This document shows positions 36,893 through 45,628 of a stretch of DNA of 64,000 nt, one piece after another. Within the stretch, counting starts at the first letter, position 1. Each line of letters begins with the position of its first letter. Source of the stretch: Vicinamibacterales bacterium (GTDB lineage: Bacteria; Acidobacteriota; Vicinamibacteria; Vicinamibacterales; UBA8438); NCBI GenBank assembly GCA_965247955.1, contig OZ252042.1:2032323-2096322 (forward strand), in the 5' to 3' direction. The notes beneath the pieces are model-generated. The model did not search any database, was not told the DNA's origin, and was given only the letters and a program-made list of their open reading frames with translations. The position numbers and the translations under genes were made by a program.

Positions 36893-36937
36893 CTGTCACG
36901 CCGGAGGTCGCGAGTTCGAGTCTCGTCGGCCCCGCCA
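36893..36937 (+). tRNA. 3' fragment of tRNA-Asp(GTC), from anticodon loop to CCA; att remnant, not a complete gene
   Basis: Loop CTGTCAC (anticodon GTC), variable loop aggtc, T-arm gcgag-ttcgagt-ctcgt, acceptor cggcccc, discriminator G, CCA. No matching 5' acceptor, D-arm or anticodon-stem strand upstream. Confidence 0.65.
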
Positions 36938-37100
36938 TCTTCCCTGCCTCGCATGACCCTAGGTGGTGATCCACTTGGACGAAGGATGGCCGCCAGGATC
37001 CTTTCCTTCCGGATGTTTTCTGCCTTGATCAGCGATCGGACACCGGCCGACAGGACACTGAGCTGGTGCTTCATGCGTGTTACGATTCGACGAGGTTTCG

Positions 37101-38165
37101 ATGTCATTCCGGCTGGTCGTCGGTCACCATGCCCTGGTGTTGCTGGTAGCGAAGGCGGTCGAGAATGATTCCTTGCCGCCGAGCCTGCTATTCACAGGTC
37201 CGGATGGCGTAGGGAAGCGCCTCGTTGCGCAGGCCATCGCGCAAGCACTCAACTGCGACTCACCGGTCCGTTCACTGCAGTACCTGGCTGATGTCGCTAG
37301 GAGTCAGACGGATAGAACGCCGGAGCTCGATGCCTGTGATTGCTGTGCCTCCTGCAAGCGGATCGCGCGGGGCACTTACGCCGATGTCGTCAATGTCGTA
37401 CCTGGGGAAAACGGATCAATCACCGTCGAACAGATACGCAAGGTCATTGATCAAACAGCGTATCGTCCATTCGAAGGCCGTCGTCGTGTCGTGATCATCA
37501 ACGAGGCCGATCGGTTGGTCCAGCCGGCACAGAACGCGTTGCTGAAAACGCTGGAGGAACCACCGGCTTCCTCGCAGTTCGTCCTGGTAACCTCACGGCC
37601 AGACACATTGCGCGACACCGTACGTTCGAGATGTCCGCAGTTGCGGTTCGGGCAGCTTGAAGCGACAGACATCGCACAGGTATTAGTTGGCACTCACGGG
37701 TTTGCCGTGCGTGACGCTCGCGCCGCGGCTGCGACCGCGTGGGGGAGCCTCGGCCGGGCGCTTGAGAGCGTGACCGGTGAATTTACCGTTTCTCGAGATG
37801 CCGCCGTCAGTGTGCTGCAAGCACTATCAGCCGCACGGGATCCTCGCGCCCGCTTGGAGGGAGGCAAAATGCTCTTGACGGAAAAGCGCCGCGGACGTTT
37901 AACGCCGACTGTTGAGCGGAACGAGATGCTACGACGCCTCCAAGCGTTGACGTCTTTGCTTCGCGACATAGAGCTCCTGTCGGTCAGCGGAAATATGCGA
38001 GGATTGGCTAACGCCGATCTAAGGGATAGTCTCGCGGCTCTGGCACCGTTGTATGGCCGTGGCAGGAGCCGAAACGCGTTTTGGGCGGTTGACCGCGCGT
38101 TAGAGGCGGTCGGTCGTAATGTGAGTCCGAAGGTCATTGCCGACTGGCTTGCGTGTCAAATGTAG
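37101..38165 (+). CDS. holB: DNA polymerase III subunit delta'
   Basis: ...LLFTGPDGVGKRLVAQAIAQALNC...CCASCKRIARGTYADV...VVIINEADRLVQPAQNALLKTLEEPP...SRCPQLRF. Confidence 0.85.
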   Translation: MSFRLVVGHHALVLLVAKAVENDSLPPSLLFTGPDGVGKRLVAQAIAQALNCDSPVRSLQYLADVARSQTDRTPELDACDCCASCKRIARGTYADVVNVVPGENGSITVEQIRKVIDQTAYRPFEGRRRVVIINEADRLVQPAQNALLKTLEEPPASSQFVLVTSRPDTLRDTVRSRCPQLRFGQLEATDIAQVLVGTHGFAVRDARAAAATAWGSLGRALESVTGEFTVSRDAAVSVLQALSAARDPRARLEGGKMLLTEKRRGRLTPTVERNEMLRRLQALTSLLRDIELLSVSGNMRGLANADLRDSLAALAPLYGRGRSRNAFWAVDRALEAVGRNVSPKVIADWLACQM

Positions 38166-38267
38166 GCGGACAGGTCGAACAGATTGGTTGTTGTAGGCCT
38201 TGAACCCGACTAGCTGAAACTTGGTGGGGCAGAGCTTCAGTCCTGTCCATGCAGAGAGAACGCATAT

Positions 38268-39044
38268 ATGGATATCCGTCAATACGTGAGTGTGAAGTTT
38301 AACTCGGTCGGTCGAACACATGTATTCCTCTTGCCAGAGATTAAGTTCAAAACACCACTCGAACCGGGAGACCCAGTTGTTGTTACGCATGGAGAATCCC
38401 ACGCGTTTGGCTCGGTCACGCAATCAATTCCTCAAATCGTCGAGCGTAAGGCGCTAAACGACGAGACACCGCAAAAAGTACTGAGAAAAGGCACGAAACA
38501 GGACGTCACCACGCGGCTGAAGCACCAACATCGGGAACGCGAGGCGTTGCGGATCGGCAACATGAAGATCCGTGAGCATAATCTTTCGATGAAGCTGGTG
38601 CAGGTTGAACAGGTGTTCAATAGCTCGCGACTTGTCTTCTATTTCACGGCGGATGGTCGGGTTGATTTCCGCTCGCTGGTCCGCGCGCTGGCGGCCGAGT
38701 TCCGTTGTCGAATTGACATGCGCCAGATTGGCGCGCGGGACGATGCCAAGTTACTTGGTGGCTACGGTACGTGCGGACGGCCACTGTGCTGCACTACTTG
38801 GCTCCCGAGCTTTAAGCCGATTTCGATCAAGATGGCGAAACAGCAAAACCTAAGTCTGAATCCGTCTCGGTTGTCAGGGCTCTGCGGCCGACTGAAGTGT
38901 TGCCTGCGTTATGAGTTGCCGAACGCCGCCGGAGAGCAGTTCGCCGGTTGCGCCAATGAGAGCTCCTGCAGCCGCAGCGGTGGCTGTGGTGGGGGTTGCA
39001 CTAGTGATGGGTGTGGCTCAGGTAGCTGTAGCGGTTGCGCGTAG
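38268..39044 (+). CDS. PSP1 domain protein (YaaT/RicT-like)
   Basis: ...GRPLCCTTWLPSFKPISIKMAKQQNLSLNPSRLSGLCGRLKCCLRYE. Cys/Gly-rich tail. Conserved position next to holB. Confidence 0.8.
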   Translation: MDIRQYVSVKFNSVGRTHVFLLPEIKFKTPLEPGDPVVVTHGESHAFGSVTQSIPQIVERKALNDETPQKVLRKGTKQDVTTRLKHQHREREALRIGNMKIREHNLSMKLVQVEQVFNSSRLVFYFTADGRVDFRSLVRALAAEFRCRIDMRQIGARDDAKLLGGYGTCGRPLCCTTWLPSFKPISIKMAKQQNLSLNPSRLSGLCGRLKCCLRYELPNAAGEQFAGCANESSCSRSGGCGGGCTSDGCGSGSCSGCA

Positions 39045-39058
39045 CGCTAAACTTTTCC

Positions 39059-39955
39059 ATGGGCTTACCCCGCGTCGGCATCACGGTTGGAGATCCATCA
39101 GGAATTGGACCGGAGATCTCAAACAAAGCGGTCGGGGATCGACATGTTACTGACGTCTGCAAGCCGGTACTCTATGGTTCAGTTCAGGAGCTCCAAGACA
39201 GGTTCCCGGTAGGCGGCGTCCCGTCTGCCGATAGCGGTCGCGCTGCGTACGATGCCGTTTGCCGTGCCACCGCTGACGCGCTTGCTGGTCGCCTCGACGC
39301 CATCACCACGGCTCCTATCAATAAGGCAGCTTGGGCGCTCGCCGGTATTCCATGGCGCGGTCACACTGACCTGTTGGCACACCTGACCGGTGCCGAGCAG
39401 GTCGCGATGATGTTCTATGCTGAGCAACTGCGCGTCGTGCTGGCCACTGTCCACGTGGCACTCGCCGATGTGCCCCGTTTCCTGACGCGCAAACGGGTTG
39501 AGAAGACAATCCAGTTGGCGAATGATGCGTTACCGCGCTTCGGTTTCGCCCATCCTCGGCTTGCCTTGGCGGGCCTCAACCCACATGCAGGCGAGAAGGG
39601 TTTAATGGGGGATGAAGAGGCTCGGATTCTGCAGCCAGCGGTGAATGCATCACGAGATGCCGGTATCAACGTCACGGGTCCGCTTCCGGGCGATACGGTC
39701 TTCGTGCGAGCACTCAATGGCGACTTCGACGCCGTCGTGGCCTGTTATCACGATCAGGGACTAATTCCAGTCAAAATGATCGCGTTTGGTCGGGCTGTCA
39801 ACATTACACTCGGTCTGCCGGTCGTGCGCACTTCAGTCGATCACGGGACGGCTAACGATATTGCCGGTAAGGGGATCGCCGACCCGTCCAGTATGATCGA
39901 GGCCGTTCGGCTGGCCGCACACCTTGCATCCGTGCGAGGCACGGTTGACCGCTGA
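39059..39955 (+). CDS. pdxA: 4-hydroxythreonine-4-phosphate dehydrogenase
   Basis: GITVGDPSGIGPEI...TAPINK...GHTDLLA...NPHAGE.G.MG.EE...YHDQGLIP.K...VRTSVDHGTA. Confidence 0.85.
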   Translation: MGLPRVGITVGDPSGIGPEISNKAVGDRHVTDVCKPVLYGSVQELQDRFPVGGVPSADSGRAAYDAVCRATADALAGRLDAITTAPINKAAWALAGIPWRGHTDLLAHLTGAEQVAMMFYAEQLRVVLATVHVALADVPRFLTRKRVEKTIQLANDALPRFGFAHPRLALAGLNPHAGEKGLMGDEEARILQPAVNASRDAGINVTGPLPGDTVFVRALNGDFDAVVACYHDQGLIPVKMIAFGRAVNITLGLPVVRTSVDHGTANDIAGKGIADPSSMIEAVRLAAHLASVRGTVDR

Positions 39956-39990
39956 CTTCAGTTCGGTGTCGACTGCTTGGCTCACTTTAG

Positions 39991-40461
39991 ATGACCGACA
40001 CGCCAAGACACGAACGCCTGCTTGCTGACAATCGTAAGGCGCGTCACGACTATCACCTCTTCGAGACGTGGGAAGCTGGAATCGTGCTGCTCGGCACTGA
40101 GGTGAAAGCGATTCGAGAGGGGCAGGTCAATCTGAAAGAAAGCTACGGGCGAGTCGAAGGCGGCGAGGTCTTCCTCTACAACGTCCACATCAGCGCGTAC
40201 AGCCACCGCGGCTACGCCGATCACGAGCCGCTTCGTCGCCGAAAACTACTGCTCAACAGGACGGAGATCCGAAAACTGGTTGGTAAGACAACCGAGCGAG
40301 GCTTCACACTTGTGCCCGTGCGAATGTATTTCAGGAACGGGCGAGTGAAGGTCGCCATCAGCCTGGCAAAGGGAAAGAAGACGCACGATAAACGGGAAAC
40401 GATCCGTCGTCGGGAAATCGAACGCGAGACGCGTGCCATGGTCAAGGAACGAATACGGTGA
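39991..40461 (+). CDS. smpB: SsrA-binding protein
   Basis: ...NRKARHDYHLFETWEAGIVLLGTEVKAIREG...HISAYSH...EPLRRRKLLLNRTEIRKL...GFTLVPVRMYF.NGRVKV.ISLAKGKK.HDKRE. Confidence 0.9.
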   Translation: MTDTPRHERLLADNRKARHDYHLFETWEAGIVLLGTEVKAIREGQVNLKESYGRVEGGEVFLYNVHISAYSHRGYADHEPLRRRKLLLNRTEIRKLVGKTTERGFTLVPVRMYFRNGRVKVAISLAKGKKTHDKRETIRRREIERETRAMVKERIR

Positions 40462-41336
40462 AGGTGCTTGTCACGGGTGCTGGGGGACAGCTTGGGAGGG
40501 TTATTACCCACGCGTTTACTGCCTCTCACGAGGTTGTTGGCCTGACAAGGGCAGAGCTTGATATTACCCAGCACCTTAGGGTGCTTGAGGTCGTGCGGTC
40601 GCTGGAGCCCTCAGTGATCATTAATTGCGCTGCCTACAACGACGTCGACGGCGCTGAGAGTGAGATCGTTCGGGCCATGGCGGTGAATGCCTTTGCGGTT
40701 CGCTCCCTGGCCGCCGCCTCTAGCTGCGTGGGAGCAACGTTGATTCATTACAGCACCGACTTCGTGTTCGATGGAACCGCTCACGAACCTTACACCGAAG
40801 AGGACGCGCCCAACCCGCAAGGTGTCTACGCTACGTCCAAACTGCTTGGAGAGTGGTTTGCGGCTGATGTTCGCCAGCATTATGTGCTTCGCGTGGAGAG
40901 CCTGTTCGGCGGGAGCGTTCTCGGACTGGATGAATCTGAGCGCTCACAGGGTAGCAGTGTTGATCGAATGGCCAACGCTATCATGGGCGGTCGCGCCGTT
41001 CGAGCGTTCATCGACCGTACAGTGTCGCCAAGCTATGTCACTGATGTGGTAAACGCCACGTCGAGATTACTGGCCGGCACGGCTCCTTCGGGGCTCTACC
41101 ATTGCGTCGGTTCTGGCATGGCAACGTGGTTCGAAGTTGCGACGGAGCTAACCCGTTGTCTCGGGAAGAAAGCACGGATTGAGCCTGTTGCAACAGTGGA
41201 CGTGAAACTTCGCGCGCGACGACCGCTATTCTGTGCTCTTTCAAATTCTAAGCTGGCGTCGTTGGGTATCGACCTGCCGCCTTGGCAGGATGCAGTCGGG
41301 CGTTATGCGACGGCTCGCCTGACGATAAGTAGGTGA
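40458..41336 (+). CDS. rfbD: dTDP-4-dehydrorhamnose reductase
   Basis: MKVLVTGAGGQLG...LDIT...INCAAYNDVDGAE...STDFVFDG...PYTEEDAPNP..VYATSKLLGE. Confidence 0.8.
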   Translation: MKVLVTGAGGQLGRVITHAFTASHEVVGLTRAELDITQHLRVLEVVRSLEPSVIINCAAYNDVDGAESEIVRAMAVNAFAVRSLAAASSCVGATLIHYSTDFVFDGTAHEPYTEEDAPNPQGVYATSKLLGEWFAADVRQHYVLRVESLFGGSVLGLDESERSQGSSVDRMANAIMGGRAVRAFIDRTVSPSYVTDVVNATSRLLAGTAPSGLYHCVGSGMATWFEVATELTRCLGKKARIEPVATVDVKLRARRPLFCALSNSKLASLGIDLPPWQDAVGRYATARLTISR

Positions 41337-41451
41337 CTTTCGCACAGATCTCGCGGCATTGCTCGGGTAGTATTCGTGATGAATGGTTCGAATTTGAGAA
41401 ATAGTTAAACCAGAAGGAAGCAACGAAGATCCAAAGTGAGATCCGAACGCG

Positions 41452-42450
41452 ATGATGGAACGAGACAGAACCGTGAGTGAAGGCAATTCGATTGAGGGGT
41501 TAGCCCCAGACAGACCCGGTCGAGTGAGACGCATTGCGCGGACGTTGCACGAGCGGTTCGGCAGGTCAAAGCAGCAAAAACGGATCGAGCATCTGACTAG
41601 GCTCGTCGAACGAGTTCTCTCGAACCAGAAGCAGGACGAGAAGTGGCGCATGATCTTTCGACGCCAACTAAACGCGATCATCAGGCATAACTACATCGCA
41701 GCTAGTGACCTTGGTGCTTCTCACGGGCTGTCTGGGCGGCGTTTTCGTCTCCGATCCCAGAATGAGGAGGATGGCGTTATTCTGGCGCTGCTGGAAGCGG
41801 CCGGTGTTGCGTCGCGACGTTTCGTGGAGATTGGCTGCGGGCGTAGTGGCGGTAATTCGGCGGTATTGGCTCACGAGTTCGGTTGGAGCGGGCTGATGGT
41901 GGATGCCAGCCGCAAGGCGATCGAACAAGTTCGCCAGGCACTCAAAGCGAATCTAGGGGTCCTGGCCGTTCGAGCTCAGGTGACATGCGATACGTTAGAT
42001 GAGCTGCTTAGCAGCTACGGGATGACAGGCGAGGTCGACTTGTTGTCGATCGATATCGATAGCACCGACTATTGGTTGCTAGAGTCCATGAACAGCTGCT
42101 CGCCGCGTGTGGTCGTGTTGGAATACAACGCTTTGTTTGGAGCAGACCGCGCGGTCACGCTGCCTAATACGCCCATGCCTATGAATGCCCCGAAAGGATA
42201 CTTTGGTGCGTCGCTCGCGGCCCTCGAGAAGCTTGCACGACGAAAGGGATATCGGCTCGTTGTTTGCGAGGATGCGGGCGTCAACGCGTTTTTCCTTCGA
42301 AACGACTTAGCACCAGACATTCCGGGATTGACTCCGGCGCAAGCGTATCGACCGCTGCTGGACAAGTGGGACGTGATGGATACTCGAGTCAAACAGATCG
42401 ACATATATAAACGAATTGCTGAGCACGGGCTACCGCTGGTCGAAGTATGA
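41452..42450 (+). CDS. Class-I SAM-methyltransferase-fold protein (FkbM-like), function unknown
   Basis: ...QNEEDGVILALLEA..FVEIGCGRSGGNSAVLAHEFGWSGLMVDAS...DLLSIDIDSTDYW. Confidence 0.5.
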   Translation: MMERDRTVSEGNSIEGLAPDRPGRVRRIARTLHERFGRSKQQKRIEHLTRLVERVLSNQKQDEKWRMIFRRQLNAIIRHNYIAASDLGASHGLSGRRFRLRSQNEEDGVILALLEAAGVASRRFVEIGCGRSGGNSAVLAHEFGWSGLMVDASRKAIEQVRQALKANLGVLAVRAQVTCDTLDELLSSYGMTGEVDLLSIDIDSTDYWLLESMNSCSPRVVVLEYNALFGADRAVTLPNTPMPMNAPKGYFGASLAALEKLARRKGYRLVVCEDAGVNAFFLRNDLAPDIPGLTPAQAYRPLLDKWDVMDTRVKQIDIYKRIAEHGLPLVEV

Positions 42451-42768
42451 GAAAAATTTGAACGCGAGTTTTTACCTAATGAATCCGTCACACAAGCCAC
42501 GATTGGGCCGCGGGTTGGCGTTATTCCGAAACCTGATAGCCTATCATGCCGTCTACGTTCCGTTGGACGAAGCGCTCAAGACCTTATTACGAACGTGTGA
42601 CGTGAAACTGGTCCGAGCTGCCGGAGTGGGTGAACGTACCGGTTTCCTGCGAGTCGTTTAGTGACGGCGCCGTCGCCTTTAGTGATTCTGAGGCTTCGTA
42701 TATTCAAGACATCCTGACCGAGGGACAATCTGATTCACCACAAGCGCATCCTATCATGTCTCGTTGGC

Positions 42769-44082
42769 TTGTCTCTAGTCTTGAAGCTTGTGGCCTTCGC
42801 CGTCATCTGGCGCGTTGATCCGCAACGTGTCGTTACTGGCGACACGGCGAGCTATGAGAACCCGGCGTTGGCGCTCGTCGAGACCGGACGGTTTAACACA
42901 GGGCGACACAAGGGAGCCAAGCCGGAGACCTTGCGCACTCCTGGCTACCCGGTTTTCCTCGCCGGCCTCTACACCCTCTTCGGAGAGCGTCGAGACATCG
43001 TGGTGGTCACGCAGGTGCTGCTAAGCACCTGCACGGTGCTCCTACTCTACGGTTTGGGGTTCCAGCTTTCGATGCCGACTTCCGCATTGGCGGCCGCCGC
43101 GTTTCTTATCTTGGACCCGTTGTCATTTGTCTACAGCCAATTGCTTTTCAGCGAGACGCTCTTCACGTTTGTTCTGATGCTGTCTTTATGGTGTGCGATA
43201 AAGCTACTGCTAGGTGGGCCGGTCTGGTGGAGTGGTGCGTTTGGCCTTAGCCTGGCAGCGGCGACGATGATTCGCCCAATCGCATACTACTTAATAGTGC
43301 CGTCGATCATCGGTCTCGTGCTCTACGGCCGGATCGCTCTCCGCTGGAAGGGACGTGAGATAGCAACCGCCGCTCTACTCGTGTTGATCCCGTGGTGTGC
43401 GCTTGTGGAAGGGTGGCGGGTGCGGAACTACACCGCGACCGGGAGCATCGTATTCAGTCAGATACAGCCATACAACCTGCTTTGGTATCGGGGAGGCGGC
43501 ATTGTGGCGGTCCGTGACGGGGTGTCGTTCGAAGACGCCCGCACGCAGATCGCCGCGTCCTTGCCGGATATGAACGAATGGTCGGTTGCTGACATCAACG
43601 CGCGCTACGTGAGCGAAGGTCTAACGCTCATACGCGACCATCCCTTGCTATTTCTCCGAAACCAGCTGTTTGGTGTTTTTAAGGTCACTGTCGGTCCGGG
43701 CCGTTCAGATCTAGGCCACTACGTTTCTGGTATCCCGTATGCGGAGGTTTCACCGGAGGCAGTCTGGTTCGGCGACGGCAGACTAGTACGCAGCGTCTCA
43801 GACCACTCAGGGAGTCGTAGTGTGGTGCTTTATTCGATCGTGTACACAGCGCTACTGTATGCCGGAGTGGGGTGGGGAATCGTTGCGATGCTGTATAAGA
43901 CGACCAGGCGGGCCCCGGACCTTTTTCTTTGGGGGGTCGTTATTTACCTGATTGTTATGGCGGCCGGCCCAGAAAGCTACGCTCGCTTCCGCGTGCCGGT
44001 CATGCCGATTCTCGCGCTTTACGCTGGGTGCGGCTGGGACCACTTCAAGGTGATGGCGCGGTCGACTGGGAAGCGTTCGTGA
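42769..44082 (+). CDS. Polytopic membrane glycosyltransferase, ArnT/PMT (GT-C) like; true start probably upstream
   Basis: ...GDTASYENPALALVETGRF...RTPGYPVFLAGLY plus >10 TM helices. The frame is open from 42718 and encodes the rest of TM1, but there is no canonical start before TTG 42769. Confidence 0.65.
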   Translation: MSLVLKLVAFAVIWRVDPQRVVTGDTASYENPALALVETGRFNTGRHKGAKPETLRTPGYPVFLAGLYTLFGERRDIVVVTQVLLSTCTVLLLYGLGFQLSMPTSALAAAAFLILDPLSFVYSQLLFSETLFTFVLMLSLWCAIKLLLGGPVWWSGAFGLSLAAATMIRPIAYYLIVPSIIGLVLYGRIALRWKGREIATAALLVLIPWCALVEGWRVRNYTATGSIVFSQIQPYNLLWYRGGGIVAVRDGVSFEDARTQIAASLPDMNEWSVADINARYVSEGLTLIRDHPLLFLRNQLFGVFKVTVGPGRSDLGHYVSGIPYAEVSPEAVWFGDGRLVRSVSDHSGSRSVVLYSIVYTALLYAGVGWGIVAMLYKTTRRAPDLFLWGVVIYLIVMAAGPESYARFRVPVMPILALYAGCGWDHFKVMARSTGKRS

Positions 44083-44411
44083 GTAACGACAAGTGCGACG
44101 CAGTGTTGTTTAGCTGGGTCTTGATGGGGATGACGGCTCGTTGCTCCAGCCACTCGTGAGTTCATTGCTCTAACAGCGAAGATTGACGCTGAAAAGAGTA
44201 CCGTAGATCTTTCCGGACAGCAAGAAACAGGGGAGCCTCTTGGTCTGAAAGCTCTCCTGTAATCGCCCTGGGATTCGGTTTACCGTTGCGATAGACGGAC
44301 CGCTACAGAGCCGGCAGTGTCACTCGGTTGGTGTCGAGCATTATCAACTCAGTGTCCACCTTCTTTAGGTAGAGGTGCCGACCCTCTCGTTGCGCCGGTC
44401 ACTCCAATTCA

Positions 44412-45515
44412 TCACCCATCGAGCGCTTCTTCTACGAGTGTTTCAACGACCTGTCCGATCGCCAGGCACGCTGTAAGCCCCGGGGAGTCAATCCCGGCGG
44501 CATGGATGAGTCGAGGCACCTCATAGTCTCGACGGATCAGAAAATCGGTAAATGGCTGGCCCGGCAGGCTAAGCTGCGCGCGGATGCCGCTGCCGCCGAG
44601 ACGCAGGTCATCAGGCTTTAGCATCGGCAGGATCTGTTGGGACGAGGTGTAGAAGGTATTGACCGGAAGCCGGTCACGCTCGTAATCGTCTTTGGTGGTC
44701 TGGTGCCGTGCGGTTGGCCCGATCGTCACTGCACCCCCCGTTGTTCTCGTGAGGTGCACCCCGAGACTTTGATCAGTCGGATCCGGGAGAGGATAGATCA
44801 GGCCATTGACGAGATAGCGCTTGGTTGGCACAAGCTCGGCGTACTCTCATCGTACTAGATAGATCGCGAAGGTCTCTCCGCCGAGCGCCTTTGAACACTG
44901 GTCCGCGTAGAGGCCAGCCGCATTGACGACAACACGGGCCCGAATCGTTTCTCGGGGTGTCAGGATCTCCACTACGTCTCGCTGTGCCACACCAGATTGG
45001 ACACTAGTGCCAGGCAACCACGCAACGTCCTTGGCAAGCGCCAAGCGAAGCAGCGTTCTCACGAGGGATTCCGCTTCTACGATTCCGGTTGACGGTGACC
45101 AGAGGGCCGCTATCGCGTGGACGTGTGGCTCTCGTCGGTAGACGAAATCTGGCTCGACCATGATCAGGTCTTCCACGCCGTTGGATATCCCACGGCGCTC
45201 GAGTTCTAGGAGCTGCGCCATTTCTGAGTGGGTTGACGTTACGATGAATTTCCCACATCGTGCATGCGGAACACCATACGTCTCACAGAACGAGTACAGG
45301 AGCTCTCGGCCCTTGACACACAGGCGGGCTTTTGCCGAGTCGGCTGGATAGTAAATGCCGGCGTGAATGACCCCGCTGTTGTGTGTGCTGCACTCGAGTC
45401 CTGGCCGTATATGCCGCTCGAGCACACATACCGTTCGACCTTGATCGGCAACCGCGTTTGCGATCGCGAGTCCTGTGACTCCAGCGCCCACAATAACTAC
45501 GTCGATTGTTTCCAT
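44412..45515 (-). pseudogene. FAD-dependent oxidoreductase (L-2-hydroxyglutarate-oxidase-like) with in-frame TGA
   Basis: VVIVGAGVTGLA dinucleotide motif, ...NAAGLYAD... ORFs 44847-45515 and 44412-44831 are one frame: ...[33 protein letters not shown] 44847-44849 replaces the Gly of the conserved RGEY motif. Confidence 0.7.
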
Positions 45516-45628
45516 ATCCTGATCGGTCTAACCACTTGAAGTTGGTGGCCAGACGCAGCATGACACGGATCATACGGGCAAGTTCGTGTCGTTTGCTCGT
45601 TCAGGAGCAATCCTTTTAGAATCATTGC

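Larger units (their letters stand above)
1..36937. mobile_element. Composite degraded prophage region (siphovirus/HK97-like), right end at a tRNA-Asp 3' fragment; left end lies outside the window
   Basis: Continuous run of phage replication, packaging, head, tail and lysis genes. Sharp drop in GC and a switch to housekeeping genes after ~36.9 kb. AT-rich arm with short repeats plus a partial tRNA at the right boundary. Confidence 0.85.

Noticed and set aside
36893-36937. tmRNA (ssrA) 3' end, considered because smpB lies 3 kb away
   Set aside because: The acceptor would give G3:C70 and discriminator G, not the alanine identity G3:U70/A73. The fragment also has a canonical 7-nt anticodon loop with GTC, so it is a tRNA-Asp fragment.
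42451-42768. 60-aa ORF (ATG 42479, MNPSHKPRLGRGLALFRNLIAYHAVYVPLDE...) and ORF 42630-42818 upstream of the ArnT-like gene
   Set aside because: No recognisable family and overlapping frames. This region may hold the disrupted or non-canonical 5' end of the membrane transferase (frame open from 42718). Left unannotated.
8942-44849. UGA reassigned to glycine (code-25-like), suggested by TGA at conserved Gly positions in terS (8942) and the FAD oxidoreductase (44847)
   Set aside because: TGA is the ordinary terminator of many well-defined genes here (for example 3062-3064, 4870-4872, 21064-21066, 40459-41 and numerous ATGA/GTGA couplings). TAA and TAG also interrupt genes, and long ORFs are otherwise intact under the standard code. 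Point mutation or base-call error (GGA to TGA) is simpler.
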